DNA of 63,944 bases, counting the filler, from Candidatus Desantisbacteria bacterium CG1_02_49_89 (lineage in GTDB: Bacteria; Desantisbacteria; UBA1551), in NCBI GenBank assembly GCA_001871075.1. It is 4 parts of 4 records of this genome, joined end to end, with 100 filler letters (N's around TTAATTAATTAA, not from the genome) between each part and the next. Parts side by side here need not be neighbours in the genome. Positions count along the whole stretch, not along the records: positions 32,969 to 49,845 come from MNUP01000093.1; 3 more parts are not named here. One strand, 5' to 3'. The number at the start of each line of letters is the position of its first letter. The stretch's first letter is position 1. The translations under genes and the position numbers were made by a program. Below the pieces are notes generated by a model. That model was not told where the DNA came from, made no database searches, and saw only the letters and a program-made list of their open reading frames with translations. Shown piece by piece: positions 38,909 to 48,351 of the stretch.

Positions 38909-39880
38909 ATGGGCATAATAGAAGCGAGAGAACTCGTAAAAAAATTCAAGAGCATAACCGCAGTGGACGGCATATCATTTGACGTGCCGCAGGGGGAGCT
39001 TTTCGGCATACTGGGCCCCAACGGCGCGGGTAAGACCACAACCATAAAGATGCTTACAACCTTGCTGATGCCCACGTCGGGCAGCGCCTTTGTGGCCGGC
39101 TTTGACGTATACAGGCAGAGGGATGAGATCCGCGAAAGCATAGGGATAGTTTTTCAGAACGTGGCGCTGGACCTTTACATGACCGGCAGGGAAAACCTGG
39201 AATTCCACGCGTGGATGTATGACATGCCCGGAAAGCTCATGCGCGACAGGATAAAGGAAATACTCAAGCTTGTGGAGCTTTCAGGCAGGGCTGACGACCT
39301 TGTGGAGACCTATTCCGGCGGCATGCGCAGGCGGCTTGAGATAGCCAGGGGCCTTATGCACCGCCCAAAAATACTTTTCATGGACGAGCCTACGCTGGGG
39401 CTTGACGCCCAGACAAGGCGCAGGATATGGGAATACATACGGGTGCTTAACAAGGGAGAAAAGATCACCATCATCCTTACAACGCATTACATGGAAGAAG
39501 CGGATTTCCTCTGCGAGAGGGTGGGTATAATTGACCGGGGCAGGATAGTCGCTATGGACTCACCCGAAAACCTGAAGGGAATAATTGGTTCGGATTCGGT
39601 CACGCTGGACGTGGACTCCGGGGACTGCGGCCTTTTTGAGCAGCTCGGGTTTGTGAAGAGCTGCGGAAAAACAGGCGGCCTGTTCAGCCTGAACGTGGAA
39701 GACGGGGAGGGTAAGATACCGGAAATAATGCTGTTCGCCCAGGCGCACGGCATAAAGGTCCGAAGGGTCGGGCTTAAAAGGCCCAGCCTTGAGGACGTTT
39801 TCCTGAAATTTACCGGGACCAAGATACGGGAGGGTTCAGGGACCGAAGAGGAAGAAGAGGAAGAGACGGGCAGGCAATGA
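38909..39880 (+). CDS. ABC transporter ATP-binding protein (DrrA-like)
   Basis: GPNGAGKTT, YSGGMRRRLE, DEPT, TTHYMEEA, PSLEDVFL. Confidence 0.93.
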   Translation: MGIIEARELVKKFKSITAVDGISFDVPQGELFGILGPNGAGKTTTIKMLTTLLMPTSGSAFVAGFDVYRQRDEIRESIGIVFQNVALDLYMTGRENLEFHAWMYDMPGKLMRDRIKEILKLVELSGRADDLVETYSGGMRRRLEIARGLMHRPKILFMDEPTLGLDAQTRRRIWEYIRVLNKGEKITIILTTHYMEEADFLCERVGIIDRGRIVAMDSPENLKGIIGSDSVTLDVDSGDCGLFEQLGFVKSCGKTGGLFSLNVEDGEGKIPEIMLFAQAHGIKVRRVGLKRPSLEDVFLKFTGTKIREGSGTEEEEEEETGRQ

Positions 39881-40653
39881 AACCAATAAAAATAAAGGCG
39901 ATATACATAATATGGCTGAGAGAAATGCGCAGGATATGGCGCTTCAAAAGCGAGCTCATAGGTTCGCTTGTGATGCCGGTCATGTTCCTGGTTTTCCTGG
40001 GGCTGGGGCTCAACGGCGCCGCTGTGCCCGGCATTCCCAGGGGAGTCAGCTACATTGATTTCATAATGGCGGGCGTGATCGGGATGACGCTTCTTTTCAA
40101 CAGTATGTTCGGGGGAATGGACCTTCTCTGGGAAAAGGAGATGGGATTCCTCAAAGAAGTGATGGTGTCACCCGTATCCCGGCTTTCGATCTTTATCGGG
40201 AAGGTCGTGGCAAGCTCCACCACTTCGATAATTGAAAGCGTGATGATACTGCTCCTGGGCATGCTGCTGGGATTCAAGTTCCCCGATTTCGGCAGGTTCA
40301 TGCTCACCCTGATGTTCATGCTTGTGACCTCATTCACTTTCCTGGGCCTGGGGCTCGCGATCTCGTCAAGGATGAAAGACACGCAGGGTTTCCCTGTAGT
40401 TATGAATTTCGTCATATTCCCGCTCTTCTTTTTGTCAGGGGCTTTCTACCCGGTTGAGGCGCTTCCGGGGATCCTCAGGCCGCTGTGTTATTTCGACCCG
40501 CTCACCTACGGGGTTGACGGGATGCGGGCGGTGCTGATAGGAGTTTCCTCCATGCCCCCGATCCTTGATTTCGCGGTCCTTTCGCTCTTCTGCCTTGCTA
40601 TAATCCTGATCGGGGTTCACCTGTTTGAGACGGGAAGCGACATAGGGAACTGA
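39877..40653 (+). CDS. ABC-2 transporter permease (DrrB-like)
   Basis: Six TM segments; EKEMGFLKEVMVSPVSR, FLSGAFYP, PLTYGVD; ATGA overlap with the ATPase. Confidence 0.92.
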   Translation: MKPIKIKAIYIIWLREMRRIWRFKSELIGSLVMPVMFLVFLGLGLNGAAVPGIPRGVSYIDFIMAGVIGMTLLFNSMFGGMDLLWEKEMGFLKEVMVSPVSRLSIFIGKVVASSTTSIIESVMILLLGMLLGFKFPDFGRFMLTLMFMLVTSFTFLGLGLAISSRMKDTQGFPVVMNFVIFPLFFLSGAFYPVEALPGILRPLCYFDPLTYGVDGMRAVLIGVSSMPPILDFAVLSLFCLAIILIGVHLFETGSDIGN

Positions 40654-40705
40654 ATATCGCATTGCGTTATCTTGAATGAAATTTAATATTGAACCGGGAG
40701 GCGTG

Positions 40706-43700
40706 ATGAAACTTAGTGCCGGGATCGGTTTGCTGTGCCTGTGTTTCGCGCTGGGCGTGAAGGCGCACGCGACAAAGATCGTAGAGCCGGAGAAGAACCC
40801 GGCCCAGAATTTCTGCACCAACGGCGGGTTTGAGGACGGGCAGGACGCTGGCAGGCCGGCGTGCTGGGATTATTTCGGCAGGGAGTTTGAGCTCACCTCT
40901 GACGCGCATTCGGGAAATTACGCCATAATCCTGCGCGCGGAGGGCAGCAACCCGATGGGCCTTAACCGCAGGCAGGTGCCGGGCGGCACAGGGTCGATGA
41001 TCACCCTGAAGAAAGGCAGGATCTCGTTCTGGTACAAGATCATTTCCTCCGAAACTAAAGGGGATAACTTTCGTTTCTTCGCCATAGCTGTGCCTGAAAA
41101 AGGCGCTGAGCTGGGCAGGGCGCAGTTCACTTTCCCGTCCGAACACGTCGGAGACGGAAAATGGCACAGGGGGGAATTCAGCTATGATTTTTCAACCAAC
41201 GAAGCCATAGCGTATATCCACGTCGCTCCCAGGATAAACGAGGGCGGCACTGCGGGAAAAGGTGAAATAATCCTTGATGATATTGCCGTTTCCATTATAG
41301 GCCCGAAGCTGAGGATCTCGTCCTTGTCGGTTTCAAAAGCTGTTATAAAACCGGGGGATGAAGCAGAGTTGGCAGTGGGTGTTGAAAACTGCGGGGATAT
41401 GCCTGCCGAAGGAATAAAGGTATCCGTGTCTACGATGCCGCAGGGCATGCGGCTTGAGCCTTCAAGCGCGCAGATCGTAGATAGCCTTGAGCCGGAAAGA
41501 TCCGCGCAATTCTCCTGGAAGATAAAACCCGCAAAGGACGGAATATACGACAGGCTCACCGCTGTTGTTTCAGCGAAGGATTTCCCGAAAACAGAGATCT
41601 CGTCTCTTGTTATCGCGGGGCGGACCCCGCCCATGATCGCCGAAAAGGGAAAAGCAAGGGCGTACAAGGCAGGCGCGGACGCGGACGCGGTCCTTGAAAA
41701 CGAGAGCGTAAGGCTTATCGTGGCAAAAAATATTTTCGGTTACGGGTGCGCCTCAATAGATGTGATGACTAAAGACGGCTGGAAAAGAGCCGCGGGTTTC
41801 CCGCACCTGGGTTTCCTTGCCCTGAACGTCAAAGGCAGGGCGGAAAGATACCCGGTCTTCTGCGAAAACTGCGAGCCGGAGGACAATCCTTCTTCAGGCA
41901 GGCTGAAGTTTTCGGGGAAACTTTATGACAGCGGGAAATGCGAGTGGAAATTTTCTTTTATATTTGAGTTGAAGGACAGATCGAAAAGGATAGAGGTTGA
42001 GTCAAAGGCATGGCCTTCCGAGGACAGGGAGCTTTTGTGTTTCCAGGGAGTGACCCTGCTTGCGGGAGAGGGAGGTTTCGGCGGCTTAAAGGACGAAGCC
42101 TGGGTCCCGGGCCTGGAATACCTCAGCTCCGAAGAGCAGTCCTCAAACAAGCTGGACGCGGTTTACCCGATAAGCGAGCGCTACGTTCCCCACCCGCACA
42201 GGATCACCATTCCCCTGCTTGCTGTAGTTAAGGACAGTATGCTTGTCAGCCTGCAATGGGATATGCTGCAGAAATGGGACGGCACAAACATCAAGCCAAG
42301 CGCCGTGTTTTCAAGCCCCAACCATCACGAGGGCCAGGACAACCACCTGATGGCGCTTTTCGTGCCTTCAGTGCCTGAGTGGGTCAATGAGAACGAGCGC
42401 GAAGCATCAAAGCCGTATAAGCTGGGGAAGAATAAGCCTGTTACCCTGAAAGCGCAGATGGTCGCGGACTATCCCGCGAAGCTTATCAATTCCGTGGACC
42501 ACTGGTTCAGCGCGTTCGGGGTGCCTGATATGCCGGAAATGCCGCGCACTTTTGAAGAGGGTATAAGGCTTTCGCTGGACGGGGAAAATTTCAGGTACGT
42601 GCCTGAGAAAAAGGGATGGTACGGAACAAGCAACAAGGCGTACGGCGCAGGTCCGAACCCGGACCTGTGCGTGTATATGTGGATCGATTCAATAAGAACG
42701 CCGGACGCGGGCAGGAAGCAGCAGCTGCGCGGCCGGGTCCTTGAAGTCGCGAAAAAATTGGGCACAGGCCGGGGTATAAACCTTTCCCTGCATCTGGGCA
42801 AAGCATATCTTGCGATGAAGGGCGAGATGTCCCGGATCCGCAGCCTACGCGCAAGCCAGAAGCCTGACGGAGGCTGGGCATGGACGCCGCCTGACAAGCA
42901 GAAAGAGATCCTTGGCAAAAAGGGCAAAGAGGTTTCAGGCACAACAGCAAGGAACGCAAGGGATCTGATGAGGATCGCGAGGATCACAGGGGACTCTGTT
43001 TGCCTGAGCACGGGAATGAAAGCCCTGAAGTTCCTTGAAACGGTTGACAGGATCCCAAGGGGAGGCCAGACCTGGGAAGTGCCTTTGCACACCCCTGATG
43101 TTATAGTCGCGGCTGACGCGTGCATGGCTTCTATCGACGCGTACAGGATAACCGCGGATAAACACTATCTGGATGAGGCAAGATACTGGGCGTATACCGG
43201 CATCCCTTTCTTCTATATGTGGAAACTGCCTGAAAGGCCGATAATGCTTTACGCGTCGATCCCGGTGCTGGGAGCAACGATGTATGTCGGTTCCTGGTTC
43301 GGCCAGCCTGTCCAGTGGTGCGGGATAGCGCATATTTATCCTCTTCTGCACCTTGCGAAATACGACAATTCGCTTCCGTGGCGCAAGCTTGCGGAAGGGA
43401 TGACAATATGCTCGATGCAGCAGCAGTTCACGATGGACCTGCGGATGTATCCTGATAAGAAAGACACCCCGGACAGCAAATTATACTGGGATTACCGTAA
43501 GGGCATCGAGGATAACGTGGGCCTGTACCCGGATAACTTCGCGCTTGTGAACGGAAAACAGGTGTGCTGGGAATACATGATCTCGCCAAACACGCACTAC
43601 CCCCTGACCCGGTGCATCTACAATTTCCTGGGCGTGGAACCTGAAGCCCAGACAGAGATTTTGCGCTCAGGCGATGCAAGGGTCCATATTACAACAGTCG

Positions 43701-43990
43701 CGAAGATTACAAAGGCTGAATTGGCCGGGGGCAAAATATCGGTTGATCTGCAGTTCTTCCCGGAAGAAATCTGCCAGGGCATCGTATGCGGTATCTCCAG
43801 GCCTGCAAAAGTAACGAAGAACGGGACAGAGATCCCGTTCTTCGAGGCAATTGACGATCCGGCAGAGGGCTGGGAATTCCATACCAGGTCAGCGGATTCT
43901 CAGGAAGGTTTTCTGGTCTGGAAGATCACGCATTCCAGATCCGACAAACTTGAGATTTCCGGTTCTTCCGTATTGCCCGTCGGTAAATAG
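40706..43990 (+). CDS. Large secreted protein: CBM4/9-like + Ig (CARDB-like) + probable alpha-barrel domain
   Basis: GGGAGG RBS, signal peptide; NGGFEDG...DAHSG...ILDDI; VENCGD...LEPERSAQFSW; Q.PDGGW helical region. Confidence 0.72.
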   Translation: MKLSAGIGLLCLCFALGVKAHATKIVEPEKNPAQNFCTNGGFEDGQDAGRPACWDYFGREFELTSDAHSGNYAIILRAEGSNPMGLNRRQVPGGTGSMITLKKGRISFWYKIISSETKGDNFRFFAIAVPEKGAELGRAQFTFPSEHVGDGKWHRGEFSYDFSTNEAIAYIHVAPRINEGGTAGKGEIILDDIAVSIIGPKLRISSLSVSKAVIKPGDEAELAVGVENCGDMPAEGIKVSVSTMPQGMRLEPSSAQIVDSLEPERSAQFSWKIKPAKDGIYDRLTAVVSAKDFPKTEISSLVIAGRTPPMIAEKGKARAYKAGADADAVLENESVRLIVAKNIFGYGCASIDVMTKDGWKRAAGFPHLGFLALNVKGRAERYPVFCENCEPEDNPSSGRLKFSGKLYDSGKCEWKFSFIFELKDRSKRIEVESKAWPSEDRELLCFQGVTLLAGEGGFGGLKDEAWVPGLEYLSSEEQSSNKLDAVYPISERYVPHPHRITIPLLAVVKDSMLVSLQWDMLQKWDGTNIKPSAVFSSPNHHEGQDNHLMALFVPSVPEWVNENEREASKPYKLGKNKPVTLKAQMVADYPAKLINSVDHWFSAFGVPDMPEMPRTFEEGIRLSLDGENFRYVPEKKGWYGTSNKAYGAGPNPDLCVYMWIDSIRTPDAGRKQQLRGRVLEVAKKLGTGRGINLSLHLGKAYLAMKGEMSRIRSLRASQKPDGGWAWTPPDKQKEILGKKGKEVSGTTARNARDLMRIARITGDSVCLSTGMKALKFLETVDRIPRGGQTWEVPLHTPDVIVAADACMASIDAYRITADKHYLDEARYWAYTGIPFFYMWKLPERPIMLYASIPVLGATMYVGSWFGQPVQWCGIAHIYPLLHLAKYDNSLPWRKLAEGMTICSMQQQFTMDLRMYPDKKDTPDSKLYWDYRKGIEDNVGLYPDNFALVNGKQVCWEYMISPNTHYPLTRCIYNFLGVEPEAQTEILRSGDARVHITTVAKITKAELAGGKISVDLQFFPEEICQGIVCGISRPAKVTKNGTEIPFFEAIDDPAEGWEFHTRSADSQEGFLVWKITHSRSDKLEISGSSVLPVGK

Positions 43991-44001
43991 TAATCTATAT
44001 T

Positions 44002-44350
44002 TCCTCTCCCCTTGCTTGCCCGCCAATATTGGTGGAGGGTGGGAGAGGATTAAGGTGAGGGGATACTTAATAGGGTAAGATTTCGCCCGTGTTTTGTAGC
44101 GGTCCCGATTTATCGGGACATCTTTCGTGGGTTGCTGGCTGTGTTTGTTTTCGTAACTCAGGGCTTCAGCCCTGAATGTTTCAAATAGGGTTTTAATTTA
44201 TCTTTCGTAGGGCAAGGCTTTAGCCTTGCGATATTTCCTTGACCCCTGCTACTCCGACCCCTATAGCCCCGATAAATCGGGGCTTAACATAGGGGCCTGC
44301 GAGCCAGAGCTGGGTCGATGGCTCTACGGTCGGAGTAAGCTGCTGGGGTC
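44002..44350. repeat. Cluster of REP-like and miniature palindromic elements of several families
   Basis: DUF559-type hairpin with nested insert (44002-44062), GTAGCGGTCCCGATTTATCGGGAC, GTAACTCAGGGCTTCAGCCCTGA, GTAGGGCAAGGCTTTAGCCTTGC, long multibranch stem 44241-44350. Confidence 0.8.
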
Positions 44351-44382
44351 TTCGTCTCCGGGATCGAATGGTAGCTTTTTCC

Positions 44383-44411
44383 TTGACAAATTCGAACATC
44401 TATGTTATACT
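44383..44411 (+). promoter_or_regulatory. Promoter of toxin-antitoxin pair
   Basis: TTGACA-17 bp-TATACT. Confidence 0.7.
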
Positions 44412-44459
44412 ATTAAACAGTTGGAAAGTTAAACTATCAAACATAACAGGAGATGAACT

Positions 44460-44738
44460 ATGGACACAGAAGTAGTCAGGATAAAAACCAAATACCAGAT
44501 CGTGATCCCTGTCGCTCTGAGGAAAAAGCTGTCATTTAAAATAGGCGATCTTTTGGAAGCAAGGGTCAAGGGGGATGAAGTTCTTTTAAAACCCGTAAAA
44601 ACAATTTCAAAGGACCAGGCGTGGTTCTGGACAGAACGCTGGCAGAAAATGGAAAAAGAGGCGCAGGAGGACATTGATGCCGGCAGAGTGGAAGAATTTA
44701 ATAATATTGATGACCTTATAAAGGCTCTGAAAAAATGA
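44460..44738 (+). CDS. AbrB/MazE/SpoVT family antitoxin
   Basis: KYQIVIPVALRKKL..KIGD.L; DQAWFWTERWQ..E.EA..DI.AGRV. Confidence 0.88.
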   Translation: MDTEVVRIKTKYQIVIPVALRKKLSFKIGDLLEARVKGDEVLLKPVKTISKDQAWFWTERWQKMEKEAQEDIDAGRVEEFNNIDDLIKALKK

Positions 44739-44995
44739 GATTTATCTTTACGAAGAAATTCAGAAAATGCTATGAGCCGCTGCCCGCGGAAATACAGGAA
44801 ACAACTAAGGAAAAATTGCGCCTTCTGGTACAGAATCCCCGCCACCCTTCTTTGAGGGTTAAGAAAATGCAGGGGGCCAAAGGTATCTGGGATGCAAGCG
44901 TCACGATGGATTACCGGCTGACATTTGAAATGGCGGCTGATAAATTAATTTTAAGAGCCATCGGCAAACACGACGAAACTCTCAAAAATCCTTAA
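44735..44995 (+). CDS. RelE/ParE superfamily toxin
   Basis: FTKKF.K.Y..L, NPRHPSLRVKKMQG, DYRLTF, IGKHD; overlaps the antitoxin stop. Confidence 0.85.
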   Translation: MRFIFTKKFRKCYEPLPAEIQETTKEKLRLLVQNPRHPSLRVKKMQGAKGIWDASVTMDYRLTFEMAADKLILRAIGKHDETLKNP

Positions 44996-45348
44996 GATTG
45001 ATAAGATGTAAATAAATAAAAACCTTTTTCTTGTCCCATTGATCTTTCGCCCGCCCCGATGTCCATCGGGGCGGATAGGGCAGACCTTTTCGAAGACCCC
45101 CGCCAAATGCCCGGTTGTTTAAAATTAGTTTACGCTTTACCCCCCCCCACCCCCACAGGCAGAAATACCCACTGGAATAGGCCCAGAACTGCACCAGTAG
45201 GGGTTCTATGGCGTTCTGGGGCGAGTTCTCCCTATATATAAACATCTATCAAGCCTAATAGAGAAATTCAACCGTGCTTGTCTGGGTGTATTATTCGGTA
45301 AATTGCTTGATTTTAAAGGGAATTGTGGTATAATCAAAGTCAGGTCAA

Positions 45349-45459
45349 TATTATAAACTATTTATGGTTTATAAAACTTAATCTGCAATATTTAGTTTAT
45401 AAACCTTTTTAAGTTTATAAACTTTTATGCTTGACTTTTAATTTATAATATGATATAAT
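45349..45459 (+). promoter_or_regulatory. Promoter with repeated GTTTATAAAC palindromes (putative operators)
   Basis: Perfect palindromes at 45395 and 45413, degenerate copies at ~45349 and 45367; TTGACT-17-TATAAT at 45431-45459. Confidence 0.6.
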
Positions 45460-45481
45460 AAAAGCGTAAAGGGAGGTCTTT

Positions 45482-46750
45482 ATGCAAATATGGGAAAAAA
45501 TGGGTTTCAGAGATAATCCGTATGATAAGGATAGCCTGGAAGTAAGCGAACAAGGTTCCAATCTTTTTATAGACCGAGATTCGGAAAGCAAATATTTCCA
45601 GACAGTGCTTTCGTCCGCAAGCGGCGGATTAGTAATGGTCGAGGGTGACGTGGGTGTCGGAAAGACAAGTTTCATAAATATCCAGCAATACCAAAGTCTT
45701 AAGAAGAAAGATGACATGCCGTATCTGCTTCCGTGTTTTGAAACAGTCGAGATCTGCGAGCCGATTGATACTTTCCAAATCCTGCTTTCTGTTTTGTCGC
45801 ACTGTTTCCAAGCATTGGAGAGCATTTTAAAGGACGAGATAAAAAAGGATGATAGGCTCAACGAGATTTCTCGTCTAATTGGGCAGTCTATCCTGTCTTC
45901 CCTTTCCTGGCAGGCAGGCGTTAGTATACCGGGTGGCGCAGGCGGATCAGTCGGATTAGGAAGTACTAAAACACAAACAGTGCCTGCGGGAGTGTCTGCC
46001 CAGATACTTATCAATGCATTAGACAATATGCAAAAGATAATAAGGGAGAAATATGGATTTGAGGGAGTTTACGTGCTCTTAAATAATTTAAACGTAATAT
46101 CCGATTCTGGAATAGTAGCGCTTTTTGACCGTATGCGCGACATTTTCGTGAAAAGAAAAAATTTCTGGTGGATTTTGTTAGCCAGGAAAGGGATATTTTC
46201 AATGATGGAAAGAGAAAGTAGCCGCGCAAGTGAAATGTTCAACGGAGAACCCATAGTATTGGCACCTCTTCCCTGGCCCGAAATAGAAAGGGCAATAGAC
46301 CTTAGAATAAAATATTTCCGTACAAGAGAGGACGCTGAACCGCCCGTACCAATAGAGATAGTCCATCTTTTATATGATATTTCCAAGGGAGAAATAAGGT
46401 ATATCTTTAAAAGGATAACGGATTTAGTTATAAATTTTAAATCTAAATACCCGTCGACTGGAGCCATAAACTATGATGAGGCATTACTTACCCTGCGTCA
46501 ATTAGCAGCGGAAAGGCTTAAAGAGCAGAGGTCTTTGTCAAAAACCGACTGGGTCGTGTTGGAAAAGATGGCGGATGCAGGCGAGTTCAGGCCTAAAGAC
46601 TTCCAATGGTTTGGTTTGAAAAGTGCCCAATCCTTGAACAAATACATACAAAAATTCCTGGAGCTAAATTTACTTTATAGATTTGAGGAAGGGAAAGCAT
46701 CCATCTACCGTTGTGCTGGAGACGTGAAACTATATTATCAAAAAAAGTAA
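45482..46750 (+). CDS. P-loop AAA+ ATPase with probable C-terminal winged helix
   Basis: Walker A GDVGVGKTS; N-terminal GFRDNPY; SKGEIR lid; C-terminal helix-turn-helix-wing pattern. Confidence 0.75.
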   Translation: MQIWEKMGFRDNPYDKDSLEVSEQGSNLFIDRDSESKYFQTVLSSASGGLVMVEGDVGVGKTSFINIQQYQSLKKKDDMPYLLPCFETVEICEPIDTFQILLSVLSHCFQALESILKDEIKKDDRLNEISRLIGQSILSSLSWQAGVSIPGGAGGSVGLGSTKTQTVPAGVSAQILINALDNMQKIIREKYGFEGVYVLLNNLNVISDSGIVALFDRMRDIFVKRKNFWWILLARKGIFSMMERESSRASEMFNGEPIVLAPLPWPEIERAIDLRIKYFRTREDAEPPVPIEIVHLLYDISKGEIRYIFKRITDLVINFKSKYPSTGAINYDEALLTLRQLAAERLKEQRSLSKTDWVVLEKMADAGEFRPKDFQWFGLKSAQSLNKYIQKFLELNLLYRFEEGKASIYRCAGDVKLYYQKK

Positions 46751-46938
46751 ATAAAGGGGACGGTTCTATTTTTCTAACCAAAAGCAGAATTTCAATAAAT
46801 TCCCGGATGAGTTCGGCTGGTGGGAAAAAAGAATCAGGTATAAAGAAGCAAAAGGATAAGCGAAATCCTGTCGGACAATAAAAGTAATTTTACTTACTTC
46901 CGTTAAATATTTTTACTTAAATTAAAAAGGTGGGAAAG

Positions 46939-47367
46939 ATGAATAAACTATTTTCGTCCTGGCAGTTATTTGCTCTGGGTTCGGCTTTTTTCGCGAGCCT
47001 TACGGCTATATTCGGCAAGATCGGCGTGAGCAAGATGAATTCCGATTTCGCCACGTTTATCCGCACGGTTGTCGTCCTGTTTATCATCGCGCTGATCGTT
47101 ACGATCAGGAACGAATGGAGTTTTACGGATATTCCGAAAGTATCGCTTTTATTCCTGGTGCTGTCCGCGGTTACCACGGGTTTTTCCTGGCTCTGTTATT
47201 ACCACGCTCTTAAAATAGGGCCTGCGAACAGGGTCGCGCCCATAGACAAGCTGAGCGTTGTATTGGTCATAATTTTCGCCGCGATGTTCCTTAAGGAACG
47301 CGTAACGTGGAAGGTTGGTTTAGGGGGGTTGCTGGTAACAGCAGGAGCTGTATTTCTGGCATTTTAA
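46939..47367 (+). CDS. EamA family (DMT) small transporter
   Basis: SAFFASLTAIFGKIG, ATFIRT, SWLCYYHAL, VAPIDKLSVV. Confidence 0.9.
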   Translation: MNKLFSSWQLFALGSAFFASLTAIFGKIGVSKMNSDFATFIRTVVVLFIIALIVTIRNEWSFTDIPKVSLLFLVLSAVTTGFSWLCYYHALKIGPANRVAPIDKLSVVLVIIFAAMFLKERVTWKVGLGGLLVTAGAVFLAF

Positions 47368-47406
47368 CAATGGGGTTAATCAATAGAAGGTCAGCCGGGG
47401 CTTTGC

Positions 47407-47435
47407 TTGACTTTATTTTCAATGTGTGGTATAAT
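47407..47435 (+). promoter_or_regulatory. Promoter of first DUF5678 module (near-duplicate at 48050-48078)
   Basis: TTGACTTTATTTTCAA..TGGTATAAT, 17-bp spacer, in both places. Confidence 0.7.
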
Positions 47436-47478
47436 GTTACTATCATACACCAGATTTATTTATCAGGAGGCAAAGGAA

Positions 47479-47670
47479 ATGAAAGCATTGGATATGACGC
47501 CAGTTATTAAGAAATATTCAGGATTTTTTGTAGCTTTGAGCTATGACAGAAAAAAAGTATTAGGCAAAGGATATACGCCCGAAAAAGCCCTTAAGGAAGC
47601 AAGGGAGAAGGGATTTAAAGACCCTATTTTGACAAAAATCCCCGTTAAAAACAGCTTATATTTATTATGA
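47479..47670 (+). CDS. DUF5678-like small protein
   Basis: KKYSGFFVAL...KVLGKG.T...A..EA..KG.KDP; homologous to 48139..48351. Confidence 0.75.
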   Translation: MKALDMTPVIKKYSGFFVALSYDRKKVLGKGYTPEKALKEAREKGFKDPILTKIPVKNSLYLL

Positions 47671-47735
47671 AGGAAATAAAATTCCCTTACATAATAACTC
47701 ACAATAAAAAAAAGGTGTCAGGTCTTGACATGTGA
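47667..47735 (+). pseudogene. Truncated 5' stub of a probable aspartyl protease partner
   Basis: ATGA-coupled MKEIKFPYII... resembles the start of 48339 (TLTIPY); runs into the GGTGTCAGGTCTTGAC motif and stops after 22 codons. Confidence 0.45.
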
Positions 47736-47753
47736 CATATCTTATGATATAAT
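47725..47753 (+). promoter_or_regulatory. Consensus promoter whose -35 lies inside the RAYT-associated motif
   Basis: TTGACA-17 bp-TATAAT with TGn. Confidence 0.7.
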
Positions 47754-47811
47754 CCCTTTTATACAGTATCCAATGAGTTAATCCAACCTAAAGAAAGGAT
47801 CTCCCGCCAAA

Positions 47812-47994
47812 ATGGGCAGGCCGTTAAGGATCGAATTCGAGGATGGTTTCTATCATATCACTTCAAGGGGAAACGAAAGGAAAAAGATATTCCTGGACGA
47901 TTATGACAGGAAGAAATTCCTGGAGTTCCTGAAAGAGTATCACCTTAAATTCAGGGCGGTCTTCCATTGTTTCATCATGGGGGTCAGACCTTGA
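47812..47994 (+). pseudogene. N-terminal fragment of a second RAYT transposase
   Basis: MGRPLRIEFEDGFYHITSRGNERKKIF...HCFIM, ending just before the HUH motif at GGGGTCAGACCTTGA. Confidence 0.88.
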
Positions 47995-48138
47995 ATATAG
48001 GAATTATTCTCTTGACTTCCTCTGCTCATTCTGATATAAATTATTACGCTTGACTTTATTTTCAAAATATGGTATAATATTAATGTCGGATTACGTAGCT
48101 ACTTGAAATCCATAAATAAATTCTGCAAAGAGGGAAAT

Positions 48139-48351
48139 ATGGCAAGAGAAAATAAGGTTGTTGATTTGACATCTGCTTTATCCCGATATGAAGGTAAGTG
48201 GGTGGCTTTATCCAGGGATGAAAAGAAAGTAGTAGGGAGCGGCAGGACCCTCAAAGAAGCAGTGAGGGTTGCAGGGAAAAAGAACTGCAAAGACCCTGTT
48301 TACACCCAGGTTTTTTCGTTCAGTAAAGGGCTTGCCCCATGGCTACTTTAA
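48139..48351 (+). CDS. DUF5678-like small protein
   Basis: RYEGKWVAL..DEKKVVGSG.TLKEA. Confidence 0.8.
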   Translation: MARENKVVDLTSALSRYEGKWVALSRDEKKVVGSGRTLKEAVRVAGKKNCKDPVYTQVFSFSKGLAPWLL

